Under the pieces are notes generated by a model that saw only the letters and a program-made list of their open reading frames with translations, was not told where the DNA came from and did no database searches. Below are positions 14,736 through 28,215 of a DNA stretch of 64,000 nt, in pieces (position 1 is the stretch's first letter; every line of letters starts with the position of its first letter). The stretch is from assembly GCA_030141605.1 (NCBI GenBank), contig JAQGDQ010002387.1:124001-188000 (forward strand). Reading direction: 5' to 3'. Origin of the DNA: Tubiluchus corallicola. Its lineage: Eukaryota > Animalia > Priapulida. The translations under genes were made by a program, and so were the position numbers.

Positions 14736-17436
14736 AACTTTTACCTAACCAACATTTCAGCTTCCTCCTTGATTATCCAACTTGTTGGTGCCAGAACTTA
14801 GTCCACTCACCGCAGGTGTGGGCCATTTGAAGTCATATACCCAGGCCCTGAATAACGCTTTTGATTAAATACATTTTAGCCACAAGTACAACACGTAACA
14901 AACCTTTTTATTATTATGTAGAACGTATTTCAGACTACAGTAATCATGTTCTGCTGGTTTGACACTTTACTGGTTACAAATAGTATTGAAATTTTAGTTG
15001 CAACTGCAAGTACATCGAGGTTACCAGTCTTGGGCACTCATGTGATGATTTTTAAATGATTGATTTTTTAATAACACGAGTATTATATTGTTTTGCTATG
15101 TGATACAGAGCTATATATTTTATATAAAATGATAAACAAAGTCGGTGCCACCAGTCACTTCAAAGAAGTTCAATAAACGTCTGTAAAACTGCTTAATGTT
15201 TAAATACTACTTATTTTAAGTTTTTCCATGAAGTAGCTGTAATCGAAAGCAGTTTTGTGATACCTGGCGACACCTGGCTCAAATCCAGGCAGTATCAAAC
15301 TTTTTATGTATTTCGAAAATTTGTCAATGTGTCTGTTTAATTACTTTAAATTGCTTTAATCATAAAAGTCTTAATGATAATGCGGCGCACCATAATTATC
15401 GGTAGTAATTGTAATATATATTTTGTATTTTTTCTAAAACACGATTACAAGAGTTTTAGTGCTTGAAGCAAGTTTTTCGTAGTTACTGTGGAAAATCCGC
15501 TTTTTAGACTAGTTTTTCTCCCGGGTTGTTTTTTTCCATTTTGTTTGGGTAAAGCTGGTCCGCGTTACCATAATACAGGTTTGTATAACTTTTACGCCTG
15601 CAGTCAGATGTGATGTGTTTTTATGTACGAGGTTTATGTAAATGACAAAAGCCAGGTTTTAGACGCCTCTAATCTCGAATAGAGGGTAGCTGCTGTGTGT
15701 GAACCCAACGTTAGACTTGTTAAGAGGCAAGTTTACTGTCTGCCGAATCATGACTGATTGCATAGGAAATTCCACGGGTATTGAAAAATTAACTACAGTA
15801 TTGTCAGTTTAAAGGAACGAAAATTGTCAAGCTGTCAGAGTTATGAAAACAGTTTCGGTCTCGTCTAGAAGACTTTGTCCTGTGCTCATATAACGACCGC
15901 TATCGTGTACAGTCCAGTCAACTTGGCTAAACAAAGCTACTTAGTGGGGTGGACAGGTGAAAATGTTGAATATAAATCCAGAAATATTGCTTTCTTGTAA
16001 CTCGTTTAGTGATAGGAGTACTAGTTCTTTACAAACGTGTAAGGCTCTAGTTAAAAAAGAAATTTTCTGGTAGAGAATGCCGAAGATAAAAGGCCCGAGT
16101 GAAATACTGGATTTATAAATGCAGTTATTCTCTATTTAGGAATGTCCAGTGTAAAAGTACAAGAAACAGCAAAAAATGACTACTGTGAGCAAATTGTTCC
16201 TTTTAAGAACAAATCACGAGACATCCTGAGACAATCTTCCCTTAAATTGTAATTTAATTATTTTTTAGACAATTTTATCCGACTTGTGCCCATACGTAAT
16301 GTATTTGTATCAATAGAAAACGTTTCTGAATAAGTCTATTTAATTTATGCTTACTTTGTTTAGTCTGTACATGTGAAGTTTAAATAATAACTTGGCTGAA
16401 GTAGTTTTGCTAAATAAAATACATTTTTTGGAGAGCTTTTACTGGTTGAAAGCTGTTCAAGCAAAGTTTTGATTGGTTTACACGAATAATAGGATGAATA
16501 CATTAGTGCTGGGAGCATTGTACCTAAACCTTTGATTGTACACGATAAGAGTTTTAAACTCTCTTGTCCAGTCGCACTTATAACTAACAAAGCCAGACAG
16601 GTAGTCCATTAAGCACCGTCCACACACCTACAACACCTAAGCTTACCTCACCTGACGACTAATTAGTAATATTGGTCATGACAGGTAAGGTGAATGAGTT
16701 CCTAATACGTAGCTAATTGTTGATCACTTGCAGAATAGGATATTAGATAGTGTTTGTTTTTCATAATTATTCCTGTTGAATCATTGTTTTCAGTTGTCTT
16801 GCGTTGTTTGATTTAGATCAAGTAGGAATTTCAGTGTAGGCAATTAGGTAAATTATAATTATGTACATCATTGTTAATTAACCCACCAAATGATGTTGAT
16901 TTTTTCATATCGCGTGCGTTTCGGCAACTAGCACTACTGTGTATTTGAGTTTATCTTACAAAACTTACACAATATTTATAGGCCTATAATTTATAGAATA
17001 ACATTATACTTTTGCGATATTGAGTTATTCGAACTCAAGCAGCGCTGAGACAGCGAACTATTTAATTTCACTATTAACGCATATATAGTGAATAAATTTG
17101 ACCTTTGATTTGTAAATTCTATAATTGTAATGATTTTGTTACTGAGATAAAAGTTTAGCAACACTAAATAATTGTAGTTACAGCAGTTTTGTTTACTGTA
17201 TGTATGTTACAATTTAATAAAATAAGTCAAGCATTTATTATGTCAAAAATATTTACAACTTCTTTGTTAGTACTGCTATATTGCCTGAAGTCATTTTCTC
17301 AGCAACTGATTTCATGTGTGATAGTAGAAAGTGTTGTGGTGTTTTATTTAATCATTTACTCTTCATTGCGTTTACATAAACACTGCTGAGTCAGTTGTGG
17401 ACAGTAATGCCATAAAGTATGTTGATCTGTTTTCAT

Positions 17437-17660
17437 GTTTCTCTCCGTCTCTCCCCTTTCCCTCCCTCCCCCCCCTCTCTCTCTCTTTCCTCCCCTATTT
17501 TCATTTACAAAGTGCATATATCAAATAGCGCTATTTGATATCAGACGTCAATCTGCCTCTAGTAAACAAACACCTTTTTCTGTTGACTTGCTCTGTTGGG
17601 AAGTTTGCTTACTTCGTTTCCATGGCAACTAATAGCGCGGTTAGTGATAGGAAAAGGTTT
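17437..17660 (+). promoter_or_regulatory. Candidate RAB23 promoter or enhancer with RFX X-box
   Basis: X-box GTTTCCATGGCAAC 17616-17629, forkhead-type GTAAACAAA 17562-17570, GACGTCA 17544-17550, perfect 24-bp palindrome 17518-17541, upstream pyrimidine tract; ~1.4 kb before the acceptor (19004) of the ATG-bearing exon. Confidence 0.55.
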
Positions 17661-19145
17661 CATTATTTACTGGATCGATTGTTCATGCATCTGTATTATT
17701 GCTTCTGATCAATACAATTCAATTAATAACTGTTCCTGCTGCAGTTCTTATAATCAATCAGCTCAAAACTAAGCAAGAATTATTGGGCGATTAATCCACA
17801 TTCAATTATGTACCCATTTGGTATGTCCAAAGTTTCTAGAGATTGTCAGGTTTACCTTGTCAAGGAAAAAAGCAAGAAAAATAACTTTCTCATAATAAAA
17901 GGCAATAATAATATGACTCATTTATAGTTTATGAATGTTAAGTGATTTTTAGAATTCAAAAAGATAATTTAAACAGTGCAACTGTGCATTTAAGTTCTGC
18001 TTTTTTCTGAACAAAAATAAATTAATATTTTTAATAAATAATTTCATATAGTCACTAAAACAAGTGGCATCGTAACTATGTACTTTTTTATCAAAGGTAC
18101 CTACATCAAAGGTGCTATACACATTTTGTTTGTCACTTGTAGGCTTACATGTGTGCAATTTCCTAATAAAATGTAGCTTAGGTCTGTTTGGTTTATTAGC
18201 TCTCATGCATTTTTAAGTGCACATGTTGATTGCTTTCCATTCTGCTATAGAGGTATAAAGTCTATAATAGACTTTTTTATATTTCTTTAATTCTACAGAC
18301 CTTGGTGCAAGCTAGCTGGGAACTTGGGGCCCATCATAATTGTTCTCAGTTGGGCCCCACATCTCCTAAGCCCGGCCTTGTTTATTATATCATTATTGCT
18401 TTCATATATCTGCAACTTTTTCTTTTTTCTAAATACAGCATTTCAGTTTTTACTGTAACTATGTTGCTCCTTACACTGACCGTGGGCTATTTATCAACCA
18501 AAACACACTAGACCTTTATATTAAATTTCTGTTACTCTGTGGTTATATCACAATTTGGCCCTTTCTTTTTCTCATTACAGAAAAAAGGGAGTTGATAAAT
18601 TTGAAGGCCACTTTGGGCCTATCAGTATTCACCAGATGTTACATTCACAATCAGAAGTGTGAACTTCTGTTGAATTTTCTGTTTTTCCTTACCCATCTTT
18701 GAAATAAGTTTTCAACTAGCCATAATTTATGGGCTGTAGGGATTGTTGAATTAAATCAATTATTTATTTCAGGTTTCCAACAGGTTATATAAATAGAATT
18801 AGCAAAACACTCCTATATCTTCACCTGCCAGAGATGCAGTGTAGTTCTTCAGTTGGCCATGCTACCACGTGGAGCCTGTCATATCCTGTTTATACACAGA
18901 ATCCAGAAAATAATGAAAAGTGACACAAACTTTAGGTACTAACGGGAGTGGTCTTAGCAGACCTCCTTGAAGGACCTCGACTCATCATTTTTGTTTTTTC
19001 GCAGGTTGGCGAAGATGACTGCAGACAGGATTTACAATTGAATTTTGTGCTTGAACTTTTACCGGGCCTCGGGGCAAGGCCGGTCAGCCACTTTCTGCAA
19101 TCTCACACTTGAGTTTAAGCATTGAAACTCAATGCGGTAAAAGTG

Positions 19146-22100
19146 ATGAGGGAGGAAGAGATAGAGACTGCCATTAAGGTTTGGTTCACTTAACAGACAA
19201 TCTTTTTTTTCTGTTTAATGCTTATTCCCCCTTGCCTCCTTGGGGCAGTCTTATCATTGCAGATATATTCTTTTTTAATTTTATAGTTTTCCTTTTTCTG
19301 CACCTGTTATGATGGCACTGTAAAACATTAACACTGTTAAAAAACTTTGCTTTCCAGCCTTAAAATTTTATATGAATCCCTATAGCCAAGGATGCTACCA
19401 TGTGCATATCTCATTAATAACTGGCAAAAAGTTTATGATTTTCAGCAAGGTTATAATTTTCAACAGCATTGAACTAAACTTTTCTCCTCAATTTCTCTTT
19501 TGGCCTGTTAGAGGTGTAGTGAATTATAATGAATTCTGTCGTAAATTTCAGCTATGATTATCATAAAACAGTTGATGGAGAGCCAAGCATTACTTTTATC
19601 CTTCATTGGCCATTATTGACACAATTTTAGAACTGTGTAAGAGGATCCATTCTAAACACATCATTGACACAAAATAAAATTACTAATGTGATCTGAATTT
19701 GTTAGCGCTACAGCCTACAGGAAATAGGGGCCATTTGCCATTTCCATACAATGTGCTATATTTACTAGCTGAATAACCATGAAGTGCAGTGGACAATAGG
19801 GGAGTAAAATCATAAATGTGTTATTCATGCTTCTTGTTCATGCTCAAAAGTAATGTTGTTACAGTTAATGTAGAAGTGCATAGATTTTACTAATGCTGCA
19901 ATTTATTATTTAAAGTGCTATAATGGCATTATTAACTGCGGAATTGATTAAGTTTGATAATCACTGAGTTGCCAAAAGCTGTGACCAGCCATTGAATGCT
20001 TGTGCTATTCTCATAAATTAAAAATGTTAATGTGCAGATTGCATGTGTGCTATTGAAATAGAAGTATGAGTTCAAAGTGAATAAAAACTCTTTGTATTTG
20101 CAATAATTTGTGTTGCTCAATAAAAAGTGAATGACTCATTTTTATCCATATGAGTAATTTGTTTGTCTTCCACTAGGTGGTAATAGTAGGCAACGGTGCT
20201 GTAGGAAAATCATCTATGATACAGAGGTACTGCAAAGGCATTTTCACCAAGGAGTACAAGAAGACTATAGGTGTTGACTTTTTGGAAAAACAATTTCAGT
20301 AAGTGCTTTGTTTAACTGAGGTAACTCAGTTACTACAAGACCTATTGCAGAGTCTTTGTTGATAAAAAGTGTGCTTTAAAGTTTCTTTTAGGTCAACCAT
20401 CCGTCTAACTCACATACTTCTAGTTGCAACAACTTGTAACAATATACCAGAATATCCAACAGTTGATCATGTTTTATTAAGTAGTTTTCTTGTAATTAAA
20501 GTCTTCTTGAAAAAGTGGACATCTGTCAGCTTGATGACTGTTGCAGAATTAACGGGGAAGATGTGCGGCTAATGTTATGGGATACAGCCGGTCAAGAAGA
20601 ATTTGATGCAATAACAAAGGCATATTACAGAGGCAAGTACCTTTCAAAGTTGCAAGCTTCTTGACTGCTTCACAGTTTTTATCACTATATGGCAATTGGG
20701 TGTGTATGGAAATCACAAACATATCATAAACTAAATTTGCAAGCATGGTTAAAGCACCTTGCTTTAGTATGTAAACTTTAGGTATAATGCACATTATAAA
20801 TGTGCAAGAAGAAAGTTTTTAACATTTTTATACAGTTTGGCACTCTGAAGCTGGAGTTCTAATGATTGTGGTAGGATTGGGACCTTGGTGTATCAGTCAC
20901 ATGCGGATATGAATACCACGTAAACAGCCATAAACAAACTCCTCAACAGTATAAACAGCCATAATTAAGCCGGCAGTAGCAAGTATCAAACCCTAGTGGT
21001 TACCTATCCATTTTCTGATTAAGCTTGACATTACTTAATTTCAGTTACTAAGTATGCACTGTTAACTCACTCAAAATTTTGGCTGTTGTCTGGATAGGTC
21101 TTAGCTTGTGTTTGTGTTCAAATTTGTAGTTTTCTACAAAGATTTAATTTCTTTTAGAAACTAAAGTTATTTGTTTAAATCAATTTTAAATCTGTACAGT
21201 AATGTGCCTGCAGTCTCGCATTTTGTTTTATAAAACTGACAGGCAAATAAGTATATTGTGTTTTTACTTTGCACTAAGCTAATTTCCATTTGTTTTGTGT
21301 TGGTCTTCGATGTTGATTATCTACATGCAAGAAAACAGTTTGTTACCTTATTTGTGGGACACGTATGTCCAGCCTTCCGCGCTTCACGGTCGTCCTCTTT
21401 TCTTCCCTAAATTGCATTTATCTGCCGTGTTGTAATTTGCATATATTTTCCTTGACAAGCAAAATGACAGGTTAGACAAATTCATTCATTGTTCTGTAAT
21501 AAAAGTTACTAGTTTTTCTAATTATTGGTTAGAAATTTCATCATGCCAGTTTGTTAGTGAAGTGAAACTATGTTACAGATAAACAAGTACGTGATATGGG
21601 GGGAAATTCTACTGTGAGTTGATCGGGGTGGGCAAATAAAATTTGTGTCTCTGCTGCTATGTAATTGATATTTCTTGAATGACATTGCCTGATTGAAACA
21701 TAATTAATGATCTTCTATTAAACCTTGAATTAATATACTTCGTTGTACCATAATTAATCCATCGTTTGTTGAAGAATGGGGCATAGAAATAATTATGACT
21801 CCTATCTCAACTGCTTTCTACTCCTATCTTTAGTCACATTGTTGTTGTTATACCATTTCAGGTGCTCAAGCTTGTGTTCTAGCTTTCTCTACTGTAGACA
21901 GAAGTTCTTTTGATGCAATAGAAAAATGGAAAAAGAAAGTGAGCATTTTAGAATAATTAGATAAATATACATAAAGCAAATTACTGATCGTAAGTGATTC
22001 GCTTAGATACTACTTCTTTTTTGCTGTTCCTCCATATTTGTTAAACATTGAATGTTGACAAAGTGTTGGATACAAAACATTGTAGAGGAGCTTCAGAGGA

Positions 22101-25100
22101 GCTAAATGCACAATACTTGTTGTGATGACAAAAAGTATAACAGTAGAATAGAAAACTTTAAATATTTATTGATGTAAAAGATTAAACAAAAATATCGGTA
22201 AAAATATAGGCATATAAGGTCTTGTAACAGCCAACTAGTGAGAACAGAATGTAACAAAATTGGAGCAAACTGTTCACTATTGGGCTAAACCTGTTTTTAG
22301 AACAGGGTAACAGATAGGTAGAAGCCATCTACTACATCAGTAGTGATTTTACAGATTACTGAGCTAATTACAATTTAAATGTAATTTTTGTAATTTTCTG
22401 GTCATTCACAATGTCAATACTTAAGATTAGGTTTAAGTGAACAAGCGGTGACCAAGAAATTTTGTCTAGTGAAATTCCTGGGTTGTTCATATCCATGGCC
22501 ATATCTAATGTTTAAGGCTGGAGGTAGATCCACGAATCAACTGTAGTTACCTGTGTACTTTCTTACATCCAGCCTGCCTCTGGGTCTGTACAATTTACAA
22601 GAATGATCTCTAATATTAGCTGCATTCCTCAAGGATGGCTCATCTTGAATGTTAGTTTTATTGATAATCTGAAAAACCTGAATCATGAAATTTTGCATAT
22701 AAAATTTAGAGAATAGGCAATTCATGTTTTCTGAAAAGCTTCCTATTAATTTGTTTGCTTTGAGGAAAACTAGGTCATCTGTTAAAACAAGGTATCACTA
22801 GCAAAGACTTACAAAGCTCAGTGAATTAACCAAGTGCCAAATAAATTAATCCACATTATTTAGGTTGCTATGGCAATGCGGTAATGATGATAGTTTAACT
22901 AGAAGTAGCACACCATTAATTATGTGCTGATTGTGCAATGGCTCTTACTAGCTTAGATTTTTGTAACAGCGAGGATCTTGTGATATCTGAGCTTACACAA
23001 ACATTTTTGATTTTTAGTTAAATATGTTTTGAAACATCTATATTCATTTGTTTTAATGATAAATATACGTATTACATATATTCAGCATAGCAGTTTTATG
23101 AAGGTGATTAAAAAAATGTTTCTTTTATTTTTCTGCTGTTATCATCACAAATGTACTTTTCAGATGTCTGTTGCCTTCATATATAATTAAAGCAACATTT
23201 CTGACTTATTAACTTGGTTTACTCTATTAGCTTCTCAAACTCAGCTGTAGGCTTCGATCATCCATGATGTATAATCAATAGATTTAATTAGCTTCGTTTA
23301 GACTAAGCTTGCATGTAATTTATGCTGGTTCTTAATCATGTTGGTTTGTTTTGGCAGGTGGAAAGTGAATGCTCTTACATACCTACTGTATTGGTGCAGA
23401 ATAAGATGGACCTAATTGATCAGTCAGTGGTCCCCAAGTAAGTGTTGATAAGTACTGTCTCCTATGCATGTATGGCAATGTAACGAAAGAGGGTGAAAGG
23501 TGCAAAGGAAGAATGATGTACGACAGGAAGGAAGGAGCAAAGGAAAGCCATTAGTGTAATTACTAACTTGGAGTATAGTGACATTTGGAATTTAAGGCTG
23601 TAGTTGTCTATCATGTAATAACATGTTATTGACATAAAATACAAATTGTTTGTGTTTTATATTACGCAGTAGTTTGCATTAATGGTTCTAACATAGAAGC
23701 TGTTCATATGTTTTCATCTCTAAAGTTTGAGCATTGAACAAACATGATATTGGATTGCCACGTTGCATTATTTTTTTAATATCCTCGTGTAGATTTTGCT
23801 GCTTATAGTAAAGTTGTAGGTGCGAAAGTGTAATCAGCAAAAGAAAATTGGTAACAATAGTAGTGTTATTTTTGATTAAAAAGCATTAACCATAAAATGG
23901 ATTAATGTATTTTACTGCATAAATCTTGACACATTTGGATAAGTACAGTAGACACATACACACGTGCACAGATTAATGAAATTATTATAGTCTATCTAAG
24001 AATCACCAAAAGTGCACATAGTGCACACAGTTATTATAGATAAAACTAAAATCATAATATGTATGTTTGATGCATACTTATATATGTATATGTATACAGA
24101 TTACTTTTGCATTTGTTTTAGGGAAGATGCTGAAGGGTTAGCTAAACGACTAAAACTACGGTTGTATCGAACGTCCGTGAAAGAAAATTTACACATAGAT
24201 GATGGTAATTAAATAGTACATGTTTTACATGTATCATTGGCATAATAAACTGTAAAGAATGTAAGAACCTGGTTCTGTAATGCAAAAAGAACTTTTAAAT
24301 TATGTCATTAGTTTAGAAGTGACAAGTAACAAGCTGTGCGCCATTTTGTATCACCAAAGTGTCTTGTTCTTTTTACAAAGTAATATATTGTATCACCATC
24401 CCAATGTACACCACTGGCTCACCAAAAAAACATTAATCTTTTTGACAGTATAAAGTAATTAATACTTTTCTTTAGTTAGTGAAGAGTTTGCTACTGCAAA
24501 TGCTCTGATTATTTTTTCAAACTTTACGCATTGTTATTTTTTATCTAAAGTTGTTTCAAACATCTGACTGTTCAAATGGCCATGCTTAATGGTCATTTCA
24601 AGGCAAACTTTTGAATTTTATTTATGAAAAGTGTTTTCTTGTCCTTAATGTCTTTTTTAATATTTTATCATTGTCATATTCCTTATTTAATATAATTTTT
24701 AAAATTCTTTCCATGTCATTTTGTCAGAAATGAAAATTTGACAAAGTTCTTGAAGAAATGAATCATGACATCATTCCCATTGAGAAACAACATGAATCAT
24801 ACTTTTGTCATCTTATAACCCTCAGAACTATTCCACTAGAGTCCTTCAAAGCTGTGAATAACTGCAGTGCTAGATATTAAGATACTATTATTATTTATTT
24901 GTACATCAATGTACATTAATACCACATGGTCATGCAGTACATTAGTAATTTTACAAATGTAATCAGTTACTGATTTATAATACATTAATCACAAAATTAT
25001 ACAATGGAAAAAACAAAGCAATAAAGAGACAAAAATGACAATAATTAACTTTAAAAGTTATACTTTAAAATACTATGAAATTATTTGCATGTGGTTAATC

Positions 25101-26614
25101 CTGCATAATAAACATTAAAATTTCATTTAATTCAGTCAAGATAAGAAAAGAGAATTCTGCTGCTTCTATTGTATTTAAAATATCCATGGCCAGAGATGCA
25201 CTAGAAGTTTGATCATCAGTTAGTCTGCATTCCTCTATAAATACATATGATTGGACAAGCTTCGGCTTAGATATCATCAATGCATAATCTATATTGTAAT
25301 TTTGGCAGATGTACTTCACATTATTTCCCATATGTGATAGAACTGAATAACAACTTTGTCGAGCAACTTTGTTCTTTCCTGAAAATTAAATCCTGCTAAC
25401 CGTTTCGTTAATTTTCATCTATTTATTATTCTGTCCAGGGGAGGAGGCAGTCATTTCCTGACACCCTTACTCTTTATACATGTTTTTATAGAAAGACGTA
25501 GAGACGAGAATTGAGAATGTACGTCCTTCATTAACTTTTTGCAATAAGTTACATAAATTTGTTTGCAGTTTTCAGGTATTTAGCAGAAAAATATTTACAG
25601 CAGATGAACAGTTCAGTAGATGACTGTCAGATGCATCGTATTGGCGGGCACAGTAAGTAGAAGTTTCTCTGTCTTTAGTTCTGCACTTCTAGTGATTTTT
25701 TTTGCAAAGTACATGTGCTTATCTGGCAGTCAAGAGTAATAAATACGAAAGATATTACATAAGATACCTGTGTTTCATAATGTGAATTGTGCTTCAGAAG
25801 TAATACATTTTTCTGATTGAGTATCCAGTAATTAAATTTATGAAACTACTGCAAAGTAATACATAAAGTTAAGATGCGATGCAAGTGGACTGTACAGTTG
25901 TCTAATCATGCTGCTGTTTAAATAATATTTGAAAATAATAACTTTACTTAATGAATTAAAAGCTTACAAGTTAATCGTTGTTAAACCTAATTAGTAATTT
26001 GTTTGGAGACACACTGAATATTTCATTCATTGAGTGTTGCTTTCTTGAATGAAGATACTTCAGGAAAGCAGTTGAAAGCCTTGGAGCCTTGAAAATTAAC
26101 TAGTGTTGCTTTCAAGTAATGCATATGCCTTTGAATGTATGATAAATGGTAAGATATTTTGAAGAAAATTATTGTGAAAATGTCTAGCAGATTGTTTTTA
26201 ATCTTCACTAGCAGAAATTGCAGGTTTGCCTGTTGTAGCATAATGCTCATTAAATTTTGTTGATAGAAGACAAGTCATGTCACTTTGCAAGAATGAGTGT
26301 GCAACAGGAAGTGTTGCCAGAAGAAACTTTCTGTAATTCAGTGCATTTTTATAGAGGCATATCTTGCTAGTAACATAGTATTTTTACTTTAGACATTGGT
26401 CTTGCTTGTGGCAATTTGTATAAAAAATTGTGCAATCAAAGCACTGAAGTTCCTATATATGCTTGTTGTGCTAATTTGACATATTATTAATGCAGATGCG
26501 TTTGCAACTGGGAACGGGGTGCCCGGAAAAGGACGTGAGACGATCCAGCTTCATCCGAGCAAGAGGAGAACACAGGGAAAGAAATCTCCCCTTGGAAGGT
26601 GTAAGCTATTATGA
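19146..26614 (+). CDS. RAB23: Rab23 small GTPase, 8 coding exons, 227 aa
   Basis: Hand-assembled exons 19146-19178, 20177-20298, 20547-20632, 21862-21938, 23358-23437, 24122-24204, 25569-25652, 26496-26614 total 684 nt with compatible phases. Protein: [49 protein letters not shown]...[23 protein letters not shown]...VQNKMDL...RTSVKEN...[22 protein letters not shown] and [13 protein letters not shown] are Rab23 signatures; C-terminal CaaX. All introns GT-AG except intron 3 (GC-AG). Confidence 0.96.
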
Positions 26615-27569
26615 ACTATCCAGCTCCAGTCCTCGGCACTGCCTATACTAATCAAACGATGGGGAATCTTTAGTGCAGTTTACTTCTGTGATTACATGCA
26701 ACACATTATGTCTCGTACATCTTGTAATATCCTGTGTAGCTGAACGTCGTGTTCTAAGATGTGGTGCGTTCTCTAACATTGCGTAGAACATTATGTTATT
26801 TTGAAAAACTCGTAACACAGGTTTAAAGCAAAATGTAGATAGCTGACAATAGGTTCGTTAAGCGTATTTGAACATGTCCACTGTCTAGCAGTGCTAATGG
26901 CAACTGGTGCATTGTGGTTACAGATTACTGCTCACAGTGATAAACTAAAAGGTGTGCATTGTAGCCATATTTGCCCTAATTCGGTACATCTTGCATATCG
27001 TAACGGAAAAAAGACGTATTTTTGAACTCTGATGTAAAACTATTTGAGGTATTAAATATTGAAAGACAGAATGTTTTTCAAGAAAGATATGCTTCAAAGA
27101 AATATTACGGGGAGTCTAATTTTGTTAGTTAATTGTTGTCTAACATACTTCCAGCTATTCAGGTGGGTGACAGTGCAGGCTTGGATTTTGAAAACACATG
27201 CACAATAACAGTTTGTGCCTGATCAGAATGCAACTTAAAAAACCTGGCTGAAATCTTGAATTATAGCTTAAAACAATTTACGTTATAAAATATTGAAAAG
27301 GAATGTATAATTTTTCAAAAATAACTTACATGAAGGAATTATTACCACAGAAATGCAATTTCCTATTCGCATGGCTAGTTCTTTGCTGTTACATGAGCAC
27401 TACCGCTTGGAACATTTCGTTAAAAACAGGTGTTGTACCTCTCAGTTCAGAGGTGTTCAGTGGTGATGTAGTATGCACGTTTGAGAGCACTTGCGTGAGC
27501 ACAGCAATAAGCTTGAAATATAAATTCTAGACTTATAATTTGCCAAGTTTTTATATATCACACTGTATA

Positions 27570-28215
27570 TTGTACAGTAGCACTGGACTTCAATTTTTGT
27601 TTTTGCAGACATATACAACACACACGTGCAATGTTTGAACTATTGAAACTTATGTTCAATTGTGATGTCATCACTAGTTGGGCTCGTTTGCTCTTCATTA
27701 AGTTTTTAATCTATTATTTAATTATCAGAAACACACTGTGACATCATTACCGATGTTAAAATGTATTCTTTTTCTGCAGTTCAAAACGGGGTGTGTTATG
27801 AAAAATCATCCTGTTTTTCTTTAATCATGTCATGATGGCAGCATTGTTAGATTATTCATTAATCCAGTGATGAGCTTAAAATGTGAAATTGTCAATTTAA
27901 ATTTGCGATGTTTTGTATTTAATTGTCAGTCTTATACAGTAGTGCCAAGCTTCAATTTTTGCTTTTGAAAATGTGTGAAACTCTCATGATGGTTTCTACA
28001 TTTAGAAAAATTTTCTCACTTGTAAACTCACCGTTACCTATGCTTACCTGCTGTTAATGAATTTTTTCATATAATTTCCGTAGTGCTCCCGTAGGTATAA
28101 TATCACAGTCTCAATGTAAATCAGAAACTTTTGGTAATTATTGTAGTTAATAAAATGTATGTCTGAGACCAGGTCAAAAGAGTTTGGTCTGAGAAATCAT
28201 ACTATTTTCCTTTAA
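27570..28215. repeat. Two diverged partial copies of the 5047-5623 repeat family
   Basis: Both start tacagtag..c...cttcaatttt and end ttttc(c)tttaa; shared internal motifs with 5373-5627. Confidence 0.6.

Noticed and set aside
552-18511. Short 60-111 aa ORFs in the left part of the window
   Set aside because: Mostly non-ATG starts, composition typical of random AT-rich DNA, no recognisable domains and no consistent exon chain.
24012-24212. Stand-alone 66-aa ORF
   Set aside because: Intron sequence running into RAB23 exon 6 (24122-24204).
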